Assembly (NCBI GenBank): GCA_030770535.1
Contig: JASVEC010000017.1
Location: 558,001-622,000 of the forward strand
Direction: 5' to 3'
Length of the DNA stretch: 64,000 nucleotides
From: Batkoa obscura
Lineage: Eukaryota
Shown here: in pieces, positions 1 through 11,404 of the stretch
Layout: the number at the start of each line of letters is the position of its first letter
Position numbering within the stretch: position 1 is the first letter of the stretch
Made by a program: the position numbers and the translations under genes
Notes under the pieces: model-generated
What the model saw: the letters and a program-made list of their open reading frames with translations, nothing else
Database searches by the model: none
What the model was told of the DNA's origin: nothing

Positions 1-2430
1 CAAAAACTTTTAAGATTAGGTTTGATTATCCCTTCAAATAGTCCATGGGCCTCTCCCCTTATGATTGTTAAGAAAAAAGATGGAACTAATAGAGTAGTTA
101 TGGACTATAGGAAACTCAACAAAATCACAAAGAAGGATGTATATCCACTACCCAGAATAGATGATGCTGTTGACCGCTTACAAGGTGCAAAATACTTTTC
201 AGCAATGGATCTAATCTCAGGATACTGGCAGGTAGAAATGGATCCGGAAGACCAAGAGAAATGCGCTTTGATTACTTCCGAAGGACTATTTCAACCAACG
301 AGGATGCCACAAGGCCTTTCAAACGCTCCTGCTACATTCCAACGTCTTATGGATAATACACTAGGTGATCTTAAGCTCTCATGTGTACTAATTTACTTAG
401 ACGACTTGAATGTGTTCTCGAAGACTTTCGTGGATCACCTAAATCACCTTAAAGCAGTATTCGAACGTCTTCGCCAAGCTAACTTAAAGTTAAAGCCAAA
501 AAAATGCTCATTTTTCCAAACTAGTCTGGAATTTTTAGGCTACAAGGTCTCTGACAAAGGTTTAGCTCCTATTCCTAATAAATTAGATGCAGTAAAAGAG
601 CTTTTCCCCCCAACTACGATGAGAGAAGTACAAGTATTCCTCGGACTAATGAATTACTACCGAAGATTTATAAAAGATTTTTCGAACTTAGCCACTCCAC
701 TATTCCAATTGTTAAAGAAAGAAGTCAAGTTTCAATGGAAAGAAGAACACCAACAAGCCTTTGAAGAACTTCGCGATAAGCTGCTTAACGCCCCAGTGTT
801 GATGTTTCCAAATTTCTCAAAGCCCTTCTCCCTGCATACCGACGCTAGCCTAACGGCAGTTGGAGGTGTTTTAAGTCAACTGGATGATGACAACTGCGAG
901 CATCCAATAGCTTATACCTCTAGAACCTTATCGAAGCATGAGAGGAATTACACTACGACAGAGAAGGAATGCCTTGCAATTATTCATGCTATAAAGGCAT
1001 TTAGACCGTATATCTATGGCACTCACTTTACTGTTATTACCGACCATGTTTCCCTAAAGTGGTTATATTCAATCACTAATCCTGAAGGACGTCTAGCTAG
1101 GTGGGCTCTAAAACTACAATCGTATAGTTTTGATATAGTATATAAGCCAGGTAAAGATCACCAAAATGCAGATGGGCTTAGTAGGTTACCCAGGATCTGT
1201 CTAGCCACCCCCATAGATGATGATCTGTACAACCTATTGGGTAATAAAAATAAGTGGCCGCAACAACAACCTGAGCTTAAACAATGGCTTGAGAAAAATG
1301 CCCAGAATATCATTGTCAAAAGTAATGCATTGTACAAAAAGATTAAAGGAACATATATTCCGTATATTAAGCCTTCTTCGCGGCTATCTGCATGTCAACA
1401 GTTTCACAATGTGATCTGCGGGCATTCAGCCTTCCAAAAAACATATGACACCATGAAAGTTTCCTGCTATTGGGAATCAATGATACCAGACTTAGAAGAC
1501 TTCATAAATAATTGTGATGTTTGTAAAAGAGAACAAAGTAGGATAAAAGTAACAGCTTACAAGTTTATTTTACCTAAACATGCATTCCACACGGTAAGTA
1601 TAGATGTGATAGGCCCTCTTTGTGAAGCTTCTTCAGTAAGAGGAAATAAGTATATCGTTGTAGCTATAGACCATCTAACTAAGTGGGTTGAAGCTAGAGC
1701 AATACCAAACCAGACTTCCTTCCACATATCTAAATTTATATATGAAGATATTATTTGTAGACATGGAAGCCCACAGGTGATACTTACCGATAATGCTGCC
1801 AATTTTGTTAATCTAGTTCTCCCAAAATTAGCCAGACTAATGGCCATAAGACATTCTACTGCAGCTCCGTATCATCCAGAAACTAATGGAATGGTTGAGA
1901 GAGTAAACGGTACACTAATACGTATACTAAGAAAACTAGCTTTTGACAAAACTAGCTGTTGGGATGAATATCTACATTCCGCTATTTTAGCATATAGATA
2001 TTCAGTACACAGTATTACTAAAAAGTCTCCTTTTATTATGCTTTATGGGAGACACCCTGGGCTCCCCATATCTTTTGCCCCTTTAATCGCTAAACAAGGC
2101 GAGATAAGCCCTGACATATACTTGGCTAAACTAACAAAAAAATTGATAGCTATCCAAGTTGAAGCCTTTAACGCATTAACAGATTCGAAGATAAAGAGGT
2201 ATCAGCAAGATATGTCCAGACTTCCTAGTCTAGCCACTTTCAAGGTAGGAGATATTGTTTATTTGTATCCTTCCTACAACCAACCTAGAAAAAATAAACT
2301 GGCACTGAAATGGGACGGACCATATGAAATCATACATAAACACTTGTATGATAGCTATTCGATTAAACATAAAGGAACAAGCGTCATTTATAATCGAGTC
2401 CATGCCAAGTTTCTCAAATCAGCAATGTGA
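1..2430 (+). mobile_element. Ty3/Gypsy LTR retrotransposon pol (RT-RNaseH-integrase), 5'-truncated by the window edge
   Basis: Frame is open from base 1. RT motifs SPWASP, DYRKLN, MPQGL, YLDD; RNase H LHTDAS, EKECLA, TDH, NADGLSR; integrase H..GH...C..C, D(SIDVIGP), D(LTDNA), E(GMVER) and WDGPY. RT-RH-IN order indicates Gypsy. Confidence 0.97.
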
Positions 2431-2504
2431 TTCAATGAGTACAATTCGTAACTAGTCAAATTGCTCTTGGTAAGTAAATCATAAAAATTCACTACATCAA
2501 ATCA

Positions 2505-2984
2505 TAGGGAGGGAAATGTGAAATATTGCTTTATTTAGCTCTCGGATTGATTATAACGCAACAATCACTTAAGTTGCTGTGTTCTCAAGTTCAAATACAA
2601 TCAAGTCAGAGTCCCTTATTTTGATTTGCTGCGAGAATTTCTAACTTCATATTGCAAGGAATAACATCCTCTCGTATTAATATCCATATTTATTGGAGTA
2701 TAAAAGAGATTCTTCAATATGATAACTCCAGGTTTTTTTTTAATTGGATTACTCCCTGATAACGTATCATTAATAAAGTCACTAAGTCTTTCTGACAACA
2801 TCTGATATAGATTTTATAGTAGTATCTTCCATTGTATTTGTTTTACATAATTTGTAGCTTACTACATACTATTTCTATTAAGTTAAGTCTACCTTAGTTA
2901 TATAAACTAAGACCCTTCGACTCAAGGCAAGTTAATTAAGCAAGAGTAGCTTTTAACTTCGGCCACTAAGTATCAACTTTCACA
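2505..2984 (+). mobile_element. Polypurine tract and 3' LTR of the Gypsy element (LTR ~2517-2984)
   Basis: Purine run AGGGAGGGAAA directly precedes TGTGAAA at 2517; its perfect 7-bp inverse TTTCACA lies at 2978-2984. The 5' LTR is outside the window, so the end point is unconfirmed. Confidence 0.7.
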
Positions 2985-3747
2985 GATATTACTTGAATTA
3001 TTAATAGCTAAGTTAACAAATAGTCAAAGAGTAAGTAGTTATAATAATAAGTAAAAACTATCATTATACTGTTTGTATTATATAGGGATGGTTAACTATA
3101 GTTTTGGGGCTAACCACTTCCTCCTATGCAGCTATTTATTAACTTAATGATATATTAATAATGTAATTATAACATTAAAATAATTCATTTATTTATTTGA
3201 TAGTAAATCTGCAGTGTTGACTATAAAGCAGTTAATAATAAATATTTCTTAATAAAGTTTTATAAAAATATATATTTATTTACATATCACAACTTTGATT
3301 AATATCACTATATAGGCTACATTGGTAAAAGCCTTGCTAATTCGGGAATTTATATTAAATTTGATAGAAATTCCGCTAATTTGCAATATAAATTATAACA
3401 AAATAATTTAAAAATTGGATAAAAAAATGAAACCAATTCGGACACCCCCATATGGAAATGCTTTTTTTTAAAAGAATTTTACTAACAATTTTCTATTTAA
3501 TAATGCTTAAAAAATACAGCTTAATATTTCAATATTTTTTATTTTTTATAATTAAAATCAACTTAAATAATTCCTTATTTTCTATTTATTAAAACAAATA
3601 AAGTCAAATAAATAATGATTCAAAATAAGTATAAATTAAATGAATAAATGAATAAAATCAATATAAAAAAAAACAACTTAAATTTTTATTAAACTTGTAA
3701 TGTAATATCTTCTACTAAAAAAACAAGTAATTCTACTTTTCAAATAT

Positions 3748-4977
3748 CTAATTCTTTTCTCTAAAAGCCTCATTAACATGAATTGCTCCATCTTGGTTAT
3801 TCTTGAACATAGCTTTAATATTCAAAAACCCTTTACTAATTGGAGTAGCCATATATTTAATATAAAGTACCTCTTGCCAAGCAGGAGTATTATAAATACG
3901 ATCAGCTCTATGACGATGATATCTATCAATACATACAAAGAGTGCACCTGAGACAGATAATAAAGTACCTAATGCAGTAGATGATAATATCATAAACATA
4001 GTAACTTGTTGATATCTTACAGCATCCAATACATCGGCTCCACCTAAAATTTGACCGGTCATCATCCCTGGAATGGAAATAATTCCCATCACACACATAG
4101 CATTGATAGTTGGTATCATACCTAATCGTATAGATTGAATAGCAATGGGACGTGAAGCTTCCCAACGTGTACTACCATATGAGAGATACATTTCTATACT
4201 ATCTTTTTGAGTGCTAAGTGTTTGTAAACAATGGGAAATACCAACGGCCATACCAGACATTGAGTTACCGAGTAACATACCAATAATAGGGATAAATTGT
4301 TGAGGTTGCCAAAAGGGTAATACTTTAATAATACAGGCGAGACCAATAATTCCAACTACTCCATTACTAATTAAAATAGAGACAAAGACTATAATTAACT
4401 GAAAGTAATAAGATTAATTAATTTGAGTAAAATAAATAAAATAAATAAATAAAATAAATAAATAAATAAATAAATATAACTTACCATAGATCGATGTCGC
4501 ACTTTTGATTGATGATATACTGTTTCATAACTTGCTAAAATAACAAAGATAGCTATAAAAATTAAAAATTAAAAATAAAATAGAATAAAATAGAATAATA
4601 TAGAATAATATAGAATAAAATAGAATAAAATAGAATAATATAGAATAATATAGAATAATATAGAATAATATAGAATAATATAGAATAATATAGAATAATA
4701 TAGAATATAAAAAATAAATTAACTTACCAGCCATTAAAAATGGGATCCAAATTTCATCCGAATCTAACACAGGCTTTAATATATAAGCCATTAAAGTTAA
4801 TTGAGCTAAGCATCGTACACTAGCTATTATAAGAGAGACTTCCATTTTTAATTGTAATATGAGGGATAATATTATATTAAATACTACAAATAAACTTGAC
4901 CATCCTACTGCATCCCATCCAACGGATACGTATTTATTATTATTTGTAATAGGACATTGTGATGAATCCATATTCAT
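3748..4977 (-). CDS. UPF0014-family membrane protein (FetB/YbbM, STAR2/ALS3-like permease); exons 4977-4728, 4552-4485, 4398-3748
   Basis: Family motifs ASVRCLAQLTLMAYIL, PQQFIPIIGMLLGNSM, LSYGSTRWEA, GIISIPGMMTGQILGG..AVRYQ; two GTAAGT..AG introns join the two ORF-track pieces in frame. Confidence 0.9.
4570..4710. repeat. (TAGAATAATA)n minisatellite inside intron 1 of the UPF0014 gene
   Basis: About 12-13 tandem 10-bp units, TAGAATAATA or TAGAATAAAA. Confidence 0.95.
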
Positions 4978-5181
4978 GAATTAGAGATTGAATAATAGAT
5001 TAATGAAATGAATGAATTTTAATCAAAAGAGTAATTAAAAAACAAAAAGAAAAGAAAAAGATTTTTATAATGTATGAAAGTTGATAATGATTAGTTGTAA
5101 TATTTTTTATATTAAGGAAGGGTTAATAAATCAATTGAATTTATAAGAATAAAAATGAATATTAAAATTATAGATTATTTT

Positions 5182-5770
5182 TTATCAGATATTTTATTTC
5201 TATTTCAATTTATTTATGTTGTTCATTTTAGCTTAATAAAAATAATCTAAAGATTTATTTTATTTCTAATTTAAATTGACAATTAACTAAAATTAGTAAA
5301 TTAACTATAAGATATTTAAGTTTCATTATATTCAAATACTAAAATTATCAACACCATACAATGGGGTATGATAAGTTATTATGCAAAATATATGTTTTCT
5401 TTTATTAAATTTTTGATTCTTTCTTTTTCAATAAAATACTTATATTTGTTTGGTTACTGATAATCTATAAAATCTTCAATTTTTTTCAATTTTCTATTTC
5501 ATAAAAAATTGATAATCTATGAAACAACTATTAAATAGAAATGAATAAACTATTTATGCATGATCAGATTATAAAGGGTTGAAGTGATAATTTATAATTG
5601 TTAATTATTATGGTGTAAAGCTTTCTAACATAAAATTGATTGATTTTATTCTATTATTCTTACATCATTGATTCGTGTTAATCCCTTAATGCTTTACTAT
5701 TAGATAATGCTATCATTTTATATATTATTTTACTTTAATTTAATTTTATAAAAATATATCATTTATTTCA

Positions 5771-5824
<54 letters not shown>

Positions 5825-6260
5825 AAAGTTAATAATAATTTTTATCAGATAAAAAAATAATAAACTAAATTTATCTATATAATGAATTAATAAGATTACA
5901 AGTTTATTTTTGAAATTTTGCGTTTATTGTGACTAGTAGAAATAAACTAAAGAATAATTTATATTTTAATATACACCTTCCATATTAACAGTTAGATATT
6001 GATTAAATGTCGATTAAAATTAATTGACCAATCAAATTCAACTTTAATTTTATCAGATCTTTACAATAGTTTGTACTAATTTTTCAATTATCTAATTATA
6101 AAGGATTAAGTCAATAAATTTATTTTTTAACAGGTTCTAATTAGGCTATCTATAACATCTAGTTCAATCTAGAATAAAATAATATTCTATACTATAAAAG
6201 TCGTGATACCTTCTATCTGATAAACTAAAAATATACATTATCGTATGAGTTTTATCTGAT
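5182..6260. promoter_or_regulatory. Cluster of five ATCWGATAA (SreA/Fep1-type iron-responsive GATA) boxes in the bidirectional promoter
   Basis: 5182-5190 (-), 5842-5852 (TTATCAGATAA, both strands), 6050-6058 (-), 6215-6223 (+), 6252-6260 (-). Confidence 0.75.
5772..5822. repeat. (ATT)n microsatellite
   Basis: About 17 perfect ATT units. Confidence 0.95.
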
Positions 6261-6421
6261 TTGAATGATAAGAAACAATCAAAGTTTATTCTGTGATCTT
6301 TCTAAATTGCTTAGTCAAACAAAAAGTATTTAAAGTCAACTAAATATAATCGATTCTTTAACAAGTTAAAATAAAATAAAATATTTTAAATTATATTATA
6401 TATATATATCGTATTAAAAAA

Positions 6422-8233
6422 ATGAGTAGTAAAACTTCAAATTCAACGGATACTTCTTATTCCCAAGCTAAACAAGCTATGTTTTCTAGATTAATATCTT
6501 GTATTGTTAATGAAAGTATGGTAGAAACTCAATTAGTCTCTTCTTCTATTATGAGTAAATATCAATTATCTAATAATAGTAAATATTATGGTATAATTTA
6601 TCAAAAACAAGACAAGTTATATGAAGAAGGGTTTATTATTGGATTAAAAGAGATGCCATTAATTACTGAAACTAAAAATAATAATCAAGATAAGATTTAT
6701 TCAATTGGGTTATTAGATCCTCAAGAAATTCAATTTCCATTATACTATTTTAATGAAAATATACAAGAAAATATTATTCAAATTAATGATTTAGATTTCA
6801 TATTAAATTTAATATCTAAATGGAATCAATTTGATATGAATATTGTCAATAAAGTAAGTAAAGAATTATTATGTAGTGTAGATCATCAACAATATGCTTA
6901 TTTAAATAGACAATCTTTATTAAATATTCAACATTCTAAAGCAATTGATTGGGAACAATCTATTGTTGAAGGTCATCCAACTCATCCAATGAATAAGTCA
7001 AGATATGCTTTACCCCCATTACAACCAATTGAATTAAAAAATAATTTATTAAATCCAACAATCATTGTATGTAAAGTACCACGTGATCAAGTCACTATTA
7101 ATGGAAGATATGAACAAGTTATTGAATCTTTATATGAAGAATTAAAACATGAAATCAATAGAGAAACGGAAGCTTTAATATTTATTCATGAATTACAAAT
7201 GCCCAATATCTTAGAAAAATTCCCTTTTGTTCAACAATTAAGTAAAAAATTAGAAAGTAAAGCACAAGCTGCTTTAAGAACTGTAATATTAAATTCAATA
7301 CCAAATTATAGTTTTAAATTAGCAGTTGGTATCAAAGTAACTAGTGCTTTACGTACAATTACTCCATGGACAACTCATGTTGGTCCCAACTTTCGACCTA
7401 TTTATGAACGAATTAATGATGATTTTGAGAACTTAATGGTAATGGATGAAGTAGGTTCCATTGTTTCTAAACATGAAGATTCTGATATTGCTAAACATTT
7501 ATCTTGTTTAATTAGAGAAGAAATTGAAGAAAAATGTGAACAAAAAGGTGAAAAATTAATTGTAACAGCAGCATTAACTGAAGTCGATTCTGATGGTATA
7601 TCTGTAATGAAAAAAGTATTAAATTTAAATACAGAAACTAAATGTATTGAATTTTTTACTAATTATTGTCAAAAATATTTAAAAGCCTTTGCTACTCCTG
7701 TTTATAAATATGGTTTAACTTATGAAGCTCATTTACAAAATGTATTATGTCGATTAAAATTAGATGATAATAATAATTATCAAATTACTGGCTTTGCTGT
7801 ACGTGATTTTGGTGGTATTAAAGTAGATCAAACTCAATTAAAGAAAGTAACTGGATTACAAGTGAATGTATGGAATTCAGAAGCTTGTCAAATTGCAAAA
7901 AGTAGTGAAGATATGCATCATGTAGCTTATCATACTATGTTTATGATGCATTTACATCGAGTAATTCGAAGTTTAAATTTACATTATAATGGATTAGGTT
8001 GGGAGATTGTTCGTAATGAATTAGATCAATTATTACCTAAAGAAAATTGTTTAACTCGAAAACTTTGGTTAGAAAGCCCAACTACTGATTTTAAAGCCTT
8101 TATTACTATGAAATTAGGTGGTTTATATAGAGATTATTTATATACTAAAGTACCTAATCTTATCTCTTATCAAATTCCTAAAGATTTTAATATGTCCGAT
8201 TCTTCCCCTAATTCAAAGTTCTTAAATCGTTAG
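6422..8233 (+). CDS. NRPS-independent siderophore synthetase (IucA/IucC family, rhizoferrin synthetase Rfs-like)
   Basis: WEQSIVEGHPTHP, QAALRT, KLAVGIKVTSALRTI, EAHLQN and RDFGG motifs; 603 aa, no introns. Confidence 0.93.
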   Translation: MSSKTSNSTDTSYSQAKQAMFSRLISCIVNESMVETQLVSSSIMSKYQLSNNSKYYGIIYQKQDKLYEEGFIIGLKEMPLITETKNNNQDKIYSIGLLDPQEIQFPLYYFNENIQENIIQINDLDFILNLISKWNQFDMNIVNKVSKELLCSVDHQQYAYLNRQSLLNIQHSKAIDWEQSIVEGHPTHPMNKSRYALPPLQPIELKNNLLNPTIIVCKVPRDQVTINGRYEQVIESLYEELKHEINRETEALIFIHELQMPNILEKFPFVQQLSKKLESKAQAALRTVILNSIPNYSFKLAVGIKVTSALRTITPWTTHVGPNFRPIYERINDDFENLMVMDEVGSIVSKHEDSDIAKHLSCLIREEIEEKCEQKGEKLIVTAALTEVDSDGISVMKKVLNLNTETKCIEFFTNYCQKYLKAFATPVYKYGLTYEAHLQNVLCRLKLDDNNNYQITGFAVRDFGGIKVDQTQLKKVTGLQVNVWNSEACQIAKSSEDMHHVAYHTMFMMHLHRVIRSLNLHYNGLGWEIVRNELDQLLPKENCLTRKLWLESPTTDFKAFITMKLGGLYRDYLYTKVPNLISYQIPKDFNMSDSSPNSKFLNR

Positions 8234-8708
8234 ATTAATTTTATTTTTATTATCTTATTTTTTATTTAGTTTATTTTTTTAAATAAATTTGATCTTTTTT
8301 TAAATGTTTTATCTGATTTTAATCTCATTTTTAAAACTAATTCCATTTGAATAGTTTTCATTTTATTTTAATTTACTATTAATTTGATTTTTAATGATTT
8401 TTAAAATTTCAATATTCTATATGATTTCTAAATTGAATAAAAAAAATCTGTAACGAATTAAAATATAAAATATAATAAAATATAATAAAATAAAATACAT
8501 TTAAATACAATAGAACAGGATTGTATTAATTTCTATCAAACCCATTTAAATTTTATTACTGCTATTTATATTGGGCATTAATTTTATGCAAAAAACTAAA
8601 TCTAACAACTCTCTTTTTAACCATTTTAAAACAAATTAGTACCATTTACTATAATATTTTTGTTGTAAAAAATTATATATACAATTTAAATGGCAATTAA
8701 CAACAAAG

Positions 8709-8780
8709 TCTCGGGTAGTATAGTGGTGAGTATCCCCGCCTGTCACGCGGGAGACCGGGGTTCAATTCCCCGCTCGAGAG
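8709..8780 (+). tRNA. tRNA-Asp(GTC)
   Basis: Cloverleaf with TAGTATAGTGG D-arm, CCCGC-CT-GTC-AC-GCGGG anticodon arm and GGTTCAATTCC T-arm. Confidence 0.96.
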
Positions 8781-9980
8781 TAGTGCTAATAAAATTGAAT
8801 TTTTTTTAATTTACTTGGTGTTTTTACTCATTTTATTTTATTTTATTTTATTTTATTTTTTTAATATTATCTAAATGATTTCTTATTTCTTATTATTCTA
8901 ATTTCAAATACTTAATAAGTTTTTAATCTATTATTAGTTATTGGTAAAATGACCATTATTAATCAATAATTTATTGGTTCTTAATGGCTTCTTTTTTATT
9001 AACATAAAACTAGTAATAAAGGTATCCGACAAGTACTATTATTTTTTCTAAATTTAGTAAATTAAAAAAGTAATTATTAATGAATATTAAAGTAGTTAAT
9101 AAAGTTTAATATAAAAAAATACTAACACATCAGTATAAATAATATAATAATTTATTTTATCTGTCATCAAAATAATATTACTTATTTTATTTTAAATCTA
9201 TTATAATAAAATAACTTTCATTTTATTATAAATACAACTATCACAAATTGAACTTTAACCTAACCAAAGTTTTCGAACTTGTCCCTGTTTACGCAATATT
9301 AATTCCTTTGTTTATGATCTTTATTATTAAAAGTATAAATGAAAAAATAATAAATTAGTAAACTGAATGTTCAATTTGTATTAGACTAACAATTTGGGTA
9401 TTTAAGTTGACTATGACAGATAATGAAATAATTTTGTCCAAAGATCATTTTGGTTTTAACTAATTAAGTGTTTTAAATCGTCTTCATCATTAGATATAAA
9501 TTGTATTGATCATCTTACAATATTTATTTTATTATTTATCTGAATTAATTTAATTATCTGTATTATTATTATATATTTTAATTGAAATCTTGATCAATTA
9601 CATTAAATATTCTTAAATGATTAAAAATAAAAATAGATTAAAAATAATCAAGAATTCTATTTTGAAAAAAAAATACCCATGGGTACTTTACTTATGAGCT
9701 CAAATATCTTCCACCAATCGTTTAGTAAGTTTTTACTTTATTCTTATCTTTCTTATTCTATCGTACCCTTGACTTCCACTCTTTACTTTTATTTGATCCT
9801 CTTTTACTTTCAATAATAAAATACTTGGGGCTTTACTCATTCAAATTTTTTATTTAAAAGAGAATATTTATTTAAAATTTCTTGGCATAAAATTCATCTA
9901 GTTTAAAAGCTATATAAAAACTATTAAAAATGAACGTTATAATCATTAAAAAAACATTAGAAACTTAGATTAATATAATA

Positions 9981-10364
9981 ATGCAATTCAATACTTTAAT
10001 TTTACCATTACTTCTTACTTCAATTACTGCTCAATCAAGTAGTAGTACACTTAGTACTTCTACTACTCAAGCTAGTACTGTTACTGGTATTACTAGTCAA
10101 ACATCAACTATAATTGTTGGCTCAAGTACCATAAGTACTTCTGGAAGTCCTGTTACTACTGGTGTAACTTCCATTTCAACTTCAATTAGTGGTGTTGTAT
10201 CTACTTCAACCAGTGGTACTGTATCTACCTCAACCAGTGGTACTGTATTTTCTAGATCCTTAAGTAGACCAAATGCAAATAATAGTAGCTCTGGATCTAT
10301 GATTCAATCTAATTATTTAGTTTCCTTTTTTACTACTATTGTTGTAGGTTATCTTATAAATTAA
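9981..10364 (+). CDS. Ser/Thr-rich secreted, probably GPI-anchored surface protein (paralog 1)
   Basis: Signal peptide MQFNTLILPLLLTSITAQ, S/T-rich core, hydrophobic tail SNYLVSFFTTIVVGYLIN. Confidence 0.85.
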   Translation: MQFNTLILPLLLTSITAQSSSSTLSTSTTQASTVTGITSQTSTIIVGSSTISTSGSPVTTGVTSISTSISGVVSTSTSGTVSTSTSGTVFSRSLSRPNANNSSSGSMIQSNYLVSFFTTIVVGYLIN

Positions 10365-10464
10365 TTGAGTTACTTAATAAATGAATATTATTTAATTTTG
10401 TTTTTTGATTTACAATATTTTTTTTTATACAATTAAAATATATAAATAAGGGTAATTATAATAT

Positions 10465-10563
10465 GGGGATGTATTTTTGTGTTTAAGGATTTTACTAACA
10501 ATTTTTCTACTTAAATAGCGCTTAAAAGATAGAAAGAATAATGAAGCCAAAAAAAAGATCCTC
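10465..10563 (+). mobile_element. ~100-bp MITE-like element
   Basis: GGGGATGTATTTTT...AAATAGCGCTT...AAAAAAGATCCTC with imperfect TIRs; several homologous copies in the window. Confidence 0.75.
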
Positions 10564-10641
10564 ATGCTATAAAAAAACAATGTGTTTTTTGTTTTATATA
10601 AAAGAATTTAAAAAATTTTTAAGGTTGAAATATATATAAAT

Positions 10642-11190
10642 ATGGAAACTAAATATATTGAGTTCTTCAATAATTATTATCAAAAGTATTTAGGGGCCTT
10701 TACTACTCCTGCTTATAAATATAGTTTAACTTATGAAGCTCATTTACAAAATTCATTATGTCGATTAGAGTTAGATTCCAACGATGATTATTCAATTTCT
10801 GGTTTTACTGTACCTAGTTTTAATAGTATTAAAGTATATCAAGAATAGCTAACAAAATTAACTAGATCAACGTGAAATATATAGAATTTGGAGTCAACTT
10901 AAGTTATCAAAAACTAAAAATACATACATCATGTATCTTAACATACCATGTTTATGATCTATCTTTGTAGAATCATTCGTAGTTTAAATCTGTATTATAA
11001 TGGTATTAGCTAAGAAATTGATAGGATGGAATCGGAGAAACAGTTATTTTAAGAACATGTTAAGATATTACTGATTAAAAAGCTAGGGCTGTGATTTTAT
11101 AGTATCTATTAGGATGAATTAGAATGATTTGTTTATAACTTATCTTTATACTAAAATATTGAATTTGATTTCTTATCAAATACCTGAAGA
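10642..11190 (+). pseudogene. Decayed copy of the 3' third of the NIS synthetase gene
   Basis: Collinear with ~7634-8184 (ETKYIEFF..EAHLQN through LISYQIP); in-frame stops (e.g. 10846) and loss of RDFGG. Confidence 0.9.
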
Positions 11191-11309
11191 GGTTAAAGGT
11201 GAGAGAGTTAATTATTAGGGAAATGAAGTTACTGTTGAGTGAAGTTAATAATACATCAGTTTACTTTCTTAATCTTTTAATTGTTTTTAATGTTATTAGT
11301 AAATTAATT

Positions 11310-11404
11310 GGGGGTGTATTTTTTTGTTTAAGAATTTACTAGCAATTTTTCCACTTAAATAGCGCTTTAGAATGGAAAAAGTGATGAAACTAAAAAACAT
11401 TCCC
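11310..11404 (+). mobile_element. ~100-bp MITE-like element
   Basis: GGGGGTGTATTTT...AAAAAACATTCCC, with AATT on both flanks (candidate 4-bp TSD). Confidence 0.75.

Noticed and set aside
2985..3291. Alternative LTR end at ATATCACA (3291)
   Set aside because: Weaker match to the TGTGAAA start than TTTCACA at 2978-2984; cannot be fully excluded without the 5' LTR.
4525..4727. Repetitive hydrophobic YSILFYIIL tail of the 150-aa ORF
   Set aside because: It is read-through into an intron containing a 10-bp minisatellite; a GTAAGT donor at 4727 splices it out.
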